Of a DNA stretch of 46,673 nucleotides, positions 29,095-37,762 are shown in pieces (position 1 is the first letter of the stretch; every line of letters starts with the position of its first letter). The notes below the pieces were generated by a model that was given only the letters and a program-made list of their open reading frames with translations, was not told the origin of the DNA and did no database searches. The position numbers and the translations under genes were made by a program. This DNA comes from a virus (taxonomy: Duplodnaviria; Caudoviricetes), in the IMG/VR virus record IMGVR_UViG_3300030376_006145, positions 1-46,673 of that record. One strand, given 5' to 3'.

Positions 29095-30251
29095 TAAGTT
29101 ATTTTCTTAACAATCATATGTTCAAATGTAATATCGCTTGCAGCAGAAGTTCCGTTTTGCAAAACAACAGTTATATCATTTGAATTGCTCCAAGTAAATC
29201 CTGTTTTGTTTGCTACTTGAATGTCTGCAGCACTACCATCAAATACTATTTGACCGCTTATAATAGAAGATGTAGCTCCAGTTCTTTGAATATGAGCTGT
29301 AAGCCTCCAGACCTTTCCATCAGGATTAGCAAGAGTTCCATTACTTACAACTGATGTACCTCCTAGTTTAAGACTTATAGTTTTGTTATTTGTGTTTCCT
29401 GCAGTACTTCCATAAACATCTACTTCTACTGCATCACCATCTGATGCTAAAGTATTAGCAGGTATAGCTATTGTAGCTACAGTAAGAGGGTTAGTGTTTG
29501 CTGCTGTAGCTTCTTGAGTAGTGTCAGATCCTATAAGTTTACTTACAGTAACTACTCCCGCATTGGTCATAGTAGCGTCTCCACTAAGTGCAGCAGCAGT
29601 AAAGCCGTCTGCGTTTCCTATAAGTATTTGAGTATTGTCTACCTCAAAAGCAGAAAGAACTGCTCCGGCATCTTTATCATTACCTACTACAACAGTACCT
29701 CCAGATCCAGCAGAGTTAGCAGGTGCATTTTGCATCTTTGCAAATGTAATAGCATCATCTGCTACCTTAGCAGTAGTAACATTAAGGTCAGTAATCTTTG
29801 CTGTAGTAACTGCATTACTTGCAAGTTTTGAAGATCCTATAGTAGCATTTCCTGCAGCATCAGATATTATAGTTACATCCCATACTTCCCCGTTGTAAAT
29901 ACATTCTGCTTTAAAGTTTGACTTAGCAGTAATAATTTCAGAGGGAACTGTTTTACCGAATATATTAACAGCATAAGTAGCACCGTTATTTAAGGACGCT
30001 TTCCAGTATATTTCTACAAAAGAATTAATTGCTGGAGTTCCAGTAGGACTTATATTATATACCCCTGTAAGAGAAGTGGTTCCCCAAACTTTTACAGTAG
30101 AGTATAAGCTGTAAGGTGTGTCTACACAAGCAGTTATTTCGGGCAATGAGTCTCCTACAATCTTTACAGATTGATTATTTACATTAACATTTGAAGTACC
30201 AGACGCTAGAGCCTGAATACTAAATACTCTTTTTCGTATACAATTACTCAT
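29094..30251 (-). CDS. Putative tail/head fibre protein
   Basis: 385 aa; shaft repeats IGSSKLASNAVTTAKITDLNVTTAKVADDAITFAKM and LSGDATMTNAG; C-terminal beta head. Confidence 0.7.
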   Translation of the reverse strand: MSNCIRKRVFSIQALASGTSNVNVNNQSVKIVGDSLPEITACVDTPYSLYSTVKVWGTTSLTGVYNISPTGTPAINSFVEIYWKASLNNGATYAVNIFGKTVPSEIITAKSNFKAECIYNGEVWDVTIISDAAGNATIGSSKLASNAVTTAKITDLNVTTAKVADDAITFAKMQNAPANSAGSGGTVVVGNDKDAGAVLSAFEVDNTQILIGNADGFTAAALSGDATMTNAGVVTVSKLIGSDTTQEATAANTNPLTVATIAIPANTLASDGDAVEVDVYGSTAGNTNNKTISLKLGGTSVVSNGTLANPDGKVWRLTAHIQRTGATSSIISGQIVFDGSAADIQVANKTGFTWSNSNDITVVLQNGTSAASDITFEHMIVKKIT

Positions 30252-30252
30252 G

Positions 30253-31335
30253 TTATGTTAAAATTATTTTCTTCTTGTAAGAAGCATGTAGGTTCATTAA
30301 TCTAAAAGCTGGATTGTATGTGGAAACTGTCACTGTAGGTCTTTTTCCTTCAAAAATCTCTTCTTCTACACCAGGAGATTCTAACGTCAAGGCACCTCTC
30401 CACATATACACTTCAACAGTAATTGCTTGAGTAAAGTCAAAACCAGAAAGCTCTGCATAAGAAACATTTGATTGTGAAAGTAATCCTCTTATCCAATCAG
30501 GAGCTTCTGCAATAATCCAATTATCTGAATTACCTGCTGCAGCATCTGATGTAAGAATATTACCATTAGAGCTAGAAGTACAAATTTTTGCTCCTAACTG
30601 AGCTATATCAGTATCAAGAAGAACAGGTCTTAATTTATCTGTACCTGTCTTATAGAATTTAAGTCTAGAGCATGCAGCAGGATATTGCTGCAAGACTGCA
30701 TTAGTATAAGCGTGTCCTCCTGGAGAGGTAGTAACATTAACGTATCTAGTTGTAGCTCCTTGAACAAGTCTTACTTGTAGAAATAAATAACCAGATACAG
30801 AAGTTTCAGATGTTCCGTCTATGTTAATATCTATAATATCCCCTGAGAACCCATAATCTATATGAACCTCATCATCATTATTAGTAAATGTGTTAGCGGG
30901 TACAGAAAACTCTCTAACCTTAATAGGAGATGTGGCTGTATAATCATTACCATCATCTAGAATACTGTAGTTATCAAGCACTGCAGAATATAGTCCAGGT
31001 GCCATAGTACTATCTGCGCCATCCTCTACAACTTTTTGAGGTGTACTCCAAGTGATAACAGAATCAGTACCAGTAGTTCCGCTTACAGATGCTATGCCTG
31101 TAGAAGCCCAAAGAGGGTTAGATGTGTGCGGAGGATAATCTGGATACCAGTTTGTAGGAGCAGTTAATGCTTGACTTGTAAAATTAAAGCTACCTCCGGT
31201 AGGGGTAGCTGGTTGGGCGGCTGCTCTTATAAATATAGATAACTGTGCTACACTATCGCCAGAGGCTCCTGAGCTTCCAGAAGGGCCTTGTTGAAGTTGA
31301 ACAGATCCCAGACAATTACTGTTACAATTACTCAT
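30253..31335 (-). CDS. Putative tail fibre protein
   Basis: 360 aa; N-terminal CNSNC, short collagen-like QGPSGSSGASG, and a PATPTGGSF...W...LW...WSTP fibre module. Confidence 0.65.
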   Translation of the reverse strand: MSNCNSNCLGSVQLQQGPSGSSGASGDSVAQLSIFIRAAAQPATPTGGSFNFTSQALTAPTNWYPDYPPHTSNPLWASTGIASVSGTTGTDSVITWSTPQKVVEDGADSTMAPGLYSAVLDNYSILDDGNDYTATSPIKVREFSVPANTFTNNDDEVHIDYGFSGDIIDINIDGTSETSVSGYLFLQVRLVQGATTRYVNVTTSPGGHAYTNAVLQQYPAACSRLKFYKTGTDKLRPVLLDTDIAQLGAKICTSSSNGNILTSDAAAGNSDNWIIAEAPDWIRGLLSQSNVSYAELSGFDFTQAITVEVYMWRGALTLESPGVEEEIFEGKRPTVTVSTYNPAFRLMNLHASYKKKIILT

Positions 31336-31344
31336 GTTTAAATA

Positions 31345-31929
31345 TTATTTACAAGAACAATCTTCTTTTGCTGCACACAATGCGGTGAGCTTATCAAAGG
31401 CCGTCTTAGCTTTATTAAAATTACATCCACTTGCTGCCTTCTCAAAATCTTTTAAGAGAGCCCAGAGGTAGTTTGCATAATTAAGTTTGTCCGCATGCTT
31501 ACACGGATCATTGCCATAAGCAACTATTGCTGCATGGACTTTTTTCTCTATACAACACTTAATAGTGCAGTAAGTATAAAATTTAATACTAGCTGTTACC
31601 GTTGAAGGTGTATCACTAGCATTTGTTACACTATACTCTAGGGTATGCAGCCCATCTGCTAGTGTAACATCAATATCATTAAAAGTAAAATCCTGGTACC
31701 ATGCAACAGGATTAACTTGACTAGTTACAGTTTCTGTGGTCACTGTGCCGGCAGAATCTGTTATAGTTATAGTGGCTGCAGTTATTTCTGTTCGTGCTGA
31801 ATTAATAGCACCCCAACCGCCTACATTAGTAGAGGCGTTATATTCTCCAGTAACATCAGTTACGGATACTTTCTTACACCCGTCTTTTACACAGACGTTT
31901 GCTTTTAATACTAGAGTGTTTATCGCCAT
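31345..31929 (-). CDS. Putative tail hub / fibre-docking protein
   Basis: 194 aa; DVTGEY...GGWG, LADG; Cys-rich helical C-terminus ending CSCK; follows the auxiliary capsid gene. Confidence 0.55.
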   Translation of the reverse strand: MAINTLVLKANVCVKDGCKKVSVTDVTGEYNASTNVGGWGAINSARTEITAATITITDSAGTVTTETVTSQVNPVAWYQDFTFNDIDVTLADGLHTLEYSVTNASDTPSTVTASIKFYTYCTIKCCIEKKVHAAIVAYGNDPCKHADKLNYANYLWALLKDFEKAASGCNFNKAKTAFDKLTALCAAKEDCSCK

Positions 31930-31933
31930 CGAT

Positions 31934-31979
31934 TAAAAAATTAATGAAGAGGGGAGATTGCTCCCCCCTCCTCAATTAA
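31934..31979 (-). terminator. Intrinsic terminator after the auxiliary capsid gene
   Basis: Minus strand TTAATTGAGGAGGGGGGA-GCAA-TCTCCCCTCTTCATTAA-TTTTTT: GC-rich stem, GNRA loop, U tract. Confidence 0.85.
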
Positions 31980-31987
31980 AAGGTTTA

Positions 31988-33259
31988 TTAAGTTACGTTC
32001 AACGCAGTTCCTGAGAAGTCCTCAATCAACTCAGCAATACCATCTGCAGTAGATGACAATGCATAAGCAGGAGCCGTAGCTGGAAATGCAAGAGTAACCA
32101 TCTTTGGAGAAACCTCCGCAGAAAAGCTACCTGTTACTTTAGAATCACTACACTTAAAAGTGATTGTATCATAACCTCCTCCAGCAACAGCGCTAGTTGC
32201 AAGCAACTCTGCAGGGTGATTAAGAGGAGCACCCATTCGGTAAATCTCTCCGTGGAAACCTTGACAAAAGTGCTCTAAAGAAGCAATAGATTCGTAAGTT
32301 CCAATACCCGGACTAGCACCAGTAGCAACTACTGCTTCAGTAGTTCCGAAGTTTTCAAGTTGAGTATCCCAACGTACTACAGAGTACTTATAATCAGGAG
32401 CACCAAAAGAAAGATCAGCACCAGTAAGCTTAATTCCCCAGTTAGCACCGGCAGCGTTACTAGCATTTACGTTTTCTAGCCCTGTGTCAGCAATTGTTGC
32501 AGACTCTCCTCTGTAAGGAGCATCCAATGTAGCAGTATTAGCTGTAGCATCAATTGCTGTAATTTTATACATAGGACCGGTTACACCAGTTCCGATACGT
32601 AAAAAGTCTCCAACAGCAAGAGCTGGATTAGTAGTAGCATCATCAATATCAGCAGCGCTAATCGTATTAGATCCTTTTGTAAACACAACATCGTTTACAC
32701 CAGTACCCAAAGCAACTCCGGCATGATCAGTTAGAACATCTACAGTAATAAACTGCTCAGCCTCTCTAAGAAAGTTCTGATAGATTGATTTTGCAAGACC
32801 AATAGCGATCTCAGCTTGAGATGTAGAAGCAGCAGACTTGTATACACCATGCTTCATTCTCTGACCATCAGAGTGCGAAGAAAGAAATTCTTGAATGTAC
32901 AAACGAACGTAGTACAAGTTACTAGCAGTTACAGGAAGAGAACCAGTAGTTCCATTAGAGCCGATAGTAACAACTTGGTTAGCTCTAGGATCATATGTCT
33001 TCCAAACAACATCAGAGATTGATGAAGTTTCAATAATATCAGATACTAGATCTGGACTTGAAGCTCGTCCTATATGTACTTTAAATTTGCTTACATCAGC
33101 AGAATTAACTTCACCTGCTCCAGCACCTGCTGCAACAATTCTTCTTCCATCTTCATTGAAGAATCCAATTTCACCAGTATTTAAGGTACCAAGCGTTGAT
33201 AACGCAGGAGATGCACCTACAAATACTTTTTGGACATTTTTTACTTGACTTGTAGCCAT
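31988..33259 (-). CDS. Auxiliary capsid / major structural protein
   Basis: 423 aa, A/G/T-rich, third gene after MCP, with its own leader and terminator; SDII, PGIGTYESIASLEHFCQG. Confidence 0.6.
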   Translation of the reverse strand: MATSQVKNVQKVFVGASPALSTLGTLNTGEIGFFNEDGRRIVAAGAGAGEVNSADVSKFKVHIGRASSPDLVSDIIETSSISDVVWKTYDPRANQVVTIGSNGTTGSLPVTASNLYYVRLYIQEFLSSHSDGQRMKHGVYKSAASTSQAEIAIGLAKSIYQNFLREAEQFITVDVLTDHAGVALGTGVNDVVFTKGSNTISAADIDDATTNPALAVGDFLRIGTGVTGPMYKITAIDATANTATLDAPYRGESATIADTGLENVNASNAAGANWGIKLTGADLSFGAPDYKYSVVRWDTQLENFGTTEAVVATGASPGIGTYESIASLEHFCQGFHGEIYRMGAPLNHPAELLATSAVAGGGYDTITFKCSDSKVTGSFSAEVSPKMVTLAFPATAPAYALSSTADGIAELIEDFSGTALNVT

Positions 33260-33284
33260 TTTAATAAGTATTAAAGTTTAAGGT

Positions 33285-33393
33285 TAATGGGAAACAAACG
33301 CTCTTGTTATAAGACGGATTCCCATCCCCGTCTTTAGTGTATAAGAACTGCTTGTCGGCATATGTGTAATAACATTTTAACATCAGATTGCCT
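33285..33393 (-). ncRNA. Candidate structured 5' leader with pseudoknot potential
   Basis: Stem AAGACGG/CCGTCTT (33311-33334); its loop ATGGGAA is complementary to TTCCCAT at 33287-33293; outer stem ACAAGC/GTTTGT. Confidence 0.45.
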
Positions 33394-33403
33394 TTTTTAG
33401 TAA

Positions 33404-34135
33404 TTATTCTATGACACGGCTTTCTTTGAATACACTCGTTTGGAAACGTGGCTGTCTAGCTGCTTCCAACATGTATTGCACGGCCATGTCAGCTATAGCT
33501 CTATGAGTTGACGGGTCTAATTCGCAGAAACCTACGAGATTAGTTGTGTCAGATACATCTATGGATTTAGGATACTTTATATATGATAAGTGATATGTGT
33601 TAAATGTTGAACCAGTTCCTAGTACAAGTTCATGTCTTTTCTTAGTACTTGTTACAGGAAGTGTGGTATCAGTTCTACTTGCATCGATTCTCCATACAAG
33701 TCCATTATCAGGACGTTTGTAAGGATTCTTTACGTTTGCATTATAGTAGTCTTCCCGTATGGGTTTGACCGGCACCCTTTCGGATGCGGTCGCCCCACAG
33801 GAAGTAAATGATATTGTAGCTTCTTCGTTAACCGTTAACAGATAATTATCTGGCAGCTCTACGAATAAACTATCAGAACCATGATTGGCTGGTGAGATAA
33901 AAGGTGTAATATCCTCAAACCTTTTTAACTCTGACAGATCTTTAGATCTTTTTTCGGTTTCCTCGAAACCTATTCTACCAAGATTAGATATATCACTGTA
34001 CATAGATTTTACATAGTCTTCCTGTGCAGCGTTTACGAATATGTTGATGTCAGCATCTTCATATCCTGGAGCTGCAAAGTTTGCTATAGAATCATATGTT
34101 ACAAGTATATACTCTCTAAACTCAGTAGGTGTCAT
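33404..34135 (-). CDS. Tail ring / adaptor protein
   Basis: 243 aa: APGYEDADI...AQE...GFEETEKRSKDL...NPYKRP...YIKYP...CELDPSTH; conserved crAss-like gene after MCP. Confidence 0.75.
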   Translation of the reverse strand: MTPTEFREYILVTYDSIANFAAPGYEDADINIFVNAAQEDYVKSMYSDISNLGRIGFEETEKRSKDLSELKRFEDITPFISPANHGSDSLFVELPDNYLLTVNEEATISFTSCGATASERVPVKPIREDYYNANVKNPYKRPDNGLVWRIDASRTDTTLPVTSTKKRHELVLGTGSTFNTYHLSYIKYPKSIDVSDTTNLVGFCELDPSTHRAIADMAVQYMLEAARQPRFQTSVFKESRVIE

Positions 34136-34998
34136 TAGTCGTCCATGTCATCGACCTTCTTCTCGATAACGAGTCTGAGGTCTTGGTTCTTTTTATTGTT
34201 AAGAAACTCTACGGCATCTGCAAGATTTTTACCTATACTATCTCCACCAGGAGTAAGATATTCAATACCTTGCTTATTAAGGATCTTTCCACTAATTGCA
34301 TCCTGAATTAGGATTTTAGTTTCAAGGTCTTTATCTCGCACAGCATTAAGGAAAGCTTCCGGTGCGTTAGATAGAAGCCTATTAGCTTCTGTCTGCAAGA
34401 ACTCAATCTTGGCGTTCTTCGCAACCTTCTTTCCTGTAGCTACCATAACTACATGTCGTAAAGCTCTAAAGTCTTTTTTGATAGCACCATACTCAGTGTA
34501 AGCTGAAAGCTTAGTATCAAGCTCATTCAACTGTTGCTTAGTTTCATGGTTCTCATCAACAAGTGCAAACTTTTGAGTTACTCTTGTTTCTCGAGGATCA
34601 TCTGAAAGTGCAATTCTATCTCCTACAGTAAGGAGTATCTTGTACTTCATATAATCATCTGGACGAGAAAGGTCAAGATAACTTACCTCATTCTTGAGAC
34701 GTATCTTTGCTCTCTTCGTGGTAAAATAATTACCCTCTCTTGTAACAGAAAGGTCATTTGCTAAAAAATCCATACCGGAAGAGGGGCTTTCAAAGAAATC
34801 CCGCTCTTCTGGTGTTAATGGATCTTTCATGCGTCCTTTCTCATCGATAGGTACGCATAGTTCAAAGTAAGACTCTTTGAAAAGAAAGCTAGCCTCGTGC
34901 TCCTTAGGTAGGAGCCCCCTCTTCCTTTTCAACGGTACGATCTTTACCTTCCTATTAGGAAGACTAAATTGCGTTTTTGTTGCATCCATTTTGCTCAT
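34135..34998 (-). CDS. Conserved crAss-like protein immediately downstream of MCP
   Basis: Likely start MSKMDAT at 34998 (the track start overlaps MCP); LDLSRPDDYMKYKILL, AVEFLNNKKNQD. Confidence 0.75.
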   Translation of the reverse strand: MSKMDATKTQFSLPNRKVKIVPLKRKRGLLPKEHEASFLFKESYFELCVPIDEKGRMKDPLTPEERDFFESPSSGMDFLANDLSVTREGNYFTTKRAKIRLKNEVSYLDLSRPDDYMKYKILLTVGDRIALSDDPRETRVTQKFALVDENHETKQQLNELDTKLSAYTEYGAIKKDFRALRHVVMVATGKKVAKNAKIEFLQTEANRLLSNAPEAFLNAVRDKDLETKILIQDAISGKILNKQGIEYLTPGGDSIGKNLADAVEFLNNKKNQDLRLVIEKKVDDMDD

Positions 34999-35018
34999 CT
35001 CTTCTTCGATTCTTATGA

Positions 35019-36512
35019 TTAAGCTAAAATACTTGGGATCAATGAAGCAGTTCTTGATGGATCGTATACTGCAACACCACACACAGAGGCACGGTGTACA
35101 GAGTATCCGTCAGTGCTCATAGCCATCATATTCATGTTACGCTCACCTGCAGGAGAGAAAGGATTTCTCAAACCTGGGATGTAACCCATGATGTCCTCAG
35201 ATCCGTTCACGTAGAACTTCTGGATGTTTGGCTCTCCGTTAGTAGTACCAATGTCCATGATGTCATATCGGTAAGACTCAGCTACACCTCCGTCTGGATG
35301 GTACAACTTGTTTCTTTCACGATCATCATACATTGCATCAACCATCAAAGTAACCTTAACACCGTTAGGTCCTAGGTACTCAACGAACTGACCACCATAT
35401 CCAAGAGGCATTTGAACCCCACCAGGGTTAGAAGCTCCGTAAATACGGCTTTCGTTTCGGATAGGTGTGAATAGCTGAGAGTGATCCTCCAATGCCTTGT
35501 GGAATTGAAGAGCTCCTCGCTCACCTGTTCTTAGTATAAAGTGACGCTCATCTGTAGGAAGTTTTCCTTCAGAAAGGTCAACCAATACTTCAGTCAAGAA
35601 GTTAATATCAAATGTGCTGTAGAAAGAAGTGTTAGACGCTTCCATCTGCTCACGGATACCAGCACCTTGCTTAATAACGTGACCAGAACTACCGATATTG
35701 TAATACTCACCGTTAGCACCTTTGTTGCTACGAGCAAACATAAGAAGACGGTTCTTTTCTTGACGATACTGATAATCAAATACGTAGTCCTCGTACTGAG
35801 TCCAAGTAGTGTGAGTAACTAGCTCTCCATCTTCACCTACTGCTTGCCACTTAGTAGCAAACGGACGGTTAACCATGTTTCCAGGAGTAGTGTGCTCCAT
35901 ACGGATCATAGAGAAAGCGTTACGCATAGTGAACGGAGACTCAAAGTTGATACCACCACCTTTCTTAGAAAGAGTAGATTCAACAAGAGACCATTCACGG
36001 CTGAATCGAGTTCCAGCAGCCAATTCTTCAAAAGGCATGAAAGCTGTAGCATCACCAGTAACAAGCTCTACAGTGTAGCGCCAGTTAGTTCCGTCAGGAA
36101 CAGGATCAGCAACAATTCGTAGTTGATACACTTCATTCTTGTGTCCAACGATAGTGTGAACGTCAGTAAAGTGTTGTTCAGGGAAAATAAGATCAAATCG
36201 AGAGAAGTTAAGTCCTGGCTGGTCAGTAGCAACAACTGCAGTACCTGCAATCTGTGCTTCTACCAAAGGAACATTCTTCTTGGCTGAACCGATTAGTTCC
36301 CAAGTAAAGTCATCATCAGTTTCCATTACTTTGTAAGGAATATCAGATAGATAACTGTCTAGATCCATACCGAAGTTAGAGGTATAAATCCTTCGCATAA
36401 GATTGGAGGCTTTCTGTGGAGCGGCCTGATAGATGGCTCCCAAGTGGTTGGAAGTCGTTAGCCCTGCCCACGATTGAGCCTCCGTCATTTGAAATGGAGA
36501 AATTTGTGGCAT
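35019..36512 (-). CDS. Major capsid protein (HK97 fold, crAss-like)
   Basis: 497 aa; WAGLTTSNHLG, FTWEL, DGTNWRYTVEL, GAGIREQ, TGERG, HPDGGVAESYRYDI; follows portal and scaffold. Confidence 0.9.
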   Translation of the reverse strand: MPQISPFQMTEAQSWAGLTTSNHLGAIYQAAPQKASNLMRRIYTSNFGMDLDSYLSDIPYKVMETDDDFTWELIGSAKKNVPLVEAQIAGTAVVATDQPGLNFSRFDLIFPEQHFTDVHTIVGHKNEVYQLRIVADPVPDGTNWRYTVELVTGDATAFMPFEELAAGTRFSREWSLVESTLSKKGGGINFESPFTMRNAFSMIRMEHTTPGNMVNRPFATKWQAVGEDGELVTHTTWTQYEDYVFDYQYRQEKNRLLMFARSNKGANGEYYNIGSSGHVIKQGAGIREQMEASNTSFYSTFDINFLTEVLVDLSEGKLPTDERHFILRTGERGALQFHKALEDHSQLFTPIRNESRIYGASNPGGVQMPLGYGGQFVEYLGPNGVKVTLMVDAMYDDRERNKLYHPDGGVAESYRYDIMDIGTTNGEPNIQKFYVNGSEDIMGYIPGLRNPFSPAGERNMNMMAMSTDGYSVHRASVCGVAVYDPSRTASLIPSILA

Positions 36513-36524
36513 TTTGGTTTTAGT

Positions 36525-37664
36525 TTAAAATAGATTATCCAATGACTTGAGTAGCTCTGTATCTACGCTACCAAATGTTTGTTGACGAGTGGCCCCGCCT
36601 CCAAAATTATTTGCTTTCTGATTCTCAAGAGATTCAGTGAACTTTTTTACACTTTTTGTATTGACTGTACGTCCAAATACCGAGATATCTGGATTATCGT
36701 TAAAGAGACCTAGAGAGGCTAAGTAGTGGAGTCGAAGGTCAAAGGTCACTGGGTCTTTGGCTCTCAATTCCTGTATAGCATATGTAGGTCCTTGTTCTGT
36801 AACCTTAGTAGGTTGTGTCATCTGATCGAAAAGCTCTTTTCTTTTATGCTCAGGGATCTTCATTCCAGGAAGAATCTCTTCGGTTTCTAAGATTCGCTTT
36901 TCAATCTTCTTTACTCTTTCTTTAGCATCTGATTTTTGAGACTCTGCAAATTGGCGTTGCTCTTCCATCTTTTTCTCATTAAGAGACTTAAGATCTTTTA
37001 GAGCAGAAGCTGCATCATCTACATCATCACCAAGCTCTAATGACCTTGCTGTTAGTTTCTGAGCACGTTCTTCATTTATACCACTCGCAATAAAAGAGTT
37101 ATAGATTAAAGACTTTCTGATGTTTTCCTTTTGAGCGGTTAGCTCTTCGCTATCCTCATCACTAGGAAGTATCTGAGATGTTTCTAGTCTTTCTAACTGC
37201 AAACGCTGATTGTTGTAGTTACGAATGACTTCTGATGGAATCCCCTTTCGGTAATCTTCCAACATTTGTTTAGCATCATCATTTAGATCAGCAAATTCGT
37301 TTTTACGAATAGTGTCTTTAATAAGATCGACAAGATCAGAAGGTCCGGAAAGACCCTCCAATCTGTCGTCTTCAGCGTCAATAACGCCTTCCTCCAAAAG
37401 CACCGAGGCAAATAACCTTAACGGTTCGGATGGAGAAGAGGGAGCGCCCTCAGAGGAAGGTTTTATACCTTCTCCCTCTAATTGAGGTTCCTGCTTTCCT
37501 TCTCCAGTCTCGATGTTAGGAGTATCTATAATGTCGATCTTTCCAGGAACTTCTTCCTTTTCTTCTTTAGGAGCATCGACAATCTCTCCTTTATCATCAA
37601 AGTGAATAAGGTTCTCGTTACTGAGATCAAATCCACCAAAAATGTCATTTGTTTCTTCTGCCAT
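36525..37664 (-). CDS. Putative scaffolding protein
   Basis: Acidic and helical, between portal and MCP; likely ATG start MAEETND at 37664. Confidence 0.7.
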   Translation of the reverse strand: MAEETNDIFGGFDLSNENLIHFDDKGEIVDAPKEEKEEVPGKIDIIDTPNIETGEGKQEPQLEGEGIKPSSEGAPSSPSEPLRLFASVLLEEGVIDAEDDRLEGLSGPSDLVDLIKDTIRKNEFADLNDDAKQMLEDYRKGIPSEVIRNYNNQRLQLERLETSQILPSDEDSEELTAQKENIRKSLIYNSFIASGINEERAQKLTARSLELGDDVDDAASALKDLKSLNEKKMEEQRQFAESQKSDAKERVKKIEKRILETEEILPGMKIPEHKRKELFDQMTQPTKVTEQGPTYAIQELRAKDPVTFDLRLHYLASLGLFNDNPDISVFGRTVNTKSVKKFTESLENQKANNFGGGATRQQTFGSVDTELLKSLDNLF

Positions 37665-37676
37665 GTTTCTAACGTA

Positions 37677-37684
37677 CAAAATTA
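37677..37684 (-). promoter_or_regulatory. Bacteroidota-type -7 element (TAATTTTG)
   Basis: TAnnTTTG match 12 nt upstream of the ATG at 37664. Confidence 0.6.
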
Positions 37685-37762
37685 GACTATATAATATTCA
37701 CTTTTAATTGAAACCACGTTTCTACCCATAATTATGATGGTTCTTTTTATAGCAATTTAATG

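Noticed and set aside
24314-31335. Diversity-generating retroelement or invertible fibre cassette
   Set aside because: No reverse transcriptase, recombinase or near-identical template/variable repeat pair was seen in the window.
33381-33387. CUGAUG resembling a hammerhead ribozyme core
   Set aside because: The next base is U rather than A, and there is no suitably placed GAAA.
37685-37762. Small hairpins in the portal-scaffold gap (GAAAC/GTTTC, CCAT/ATGG)
   Set aside because: Stems of 4-5 bp are expected by chance in AT-rich DNA.
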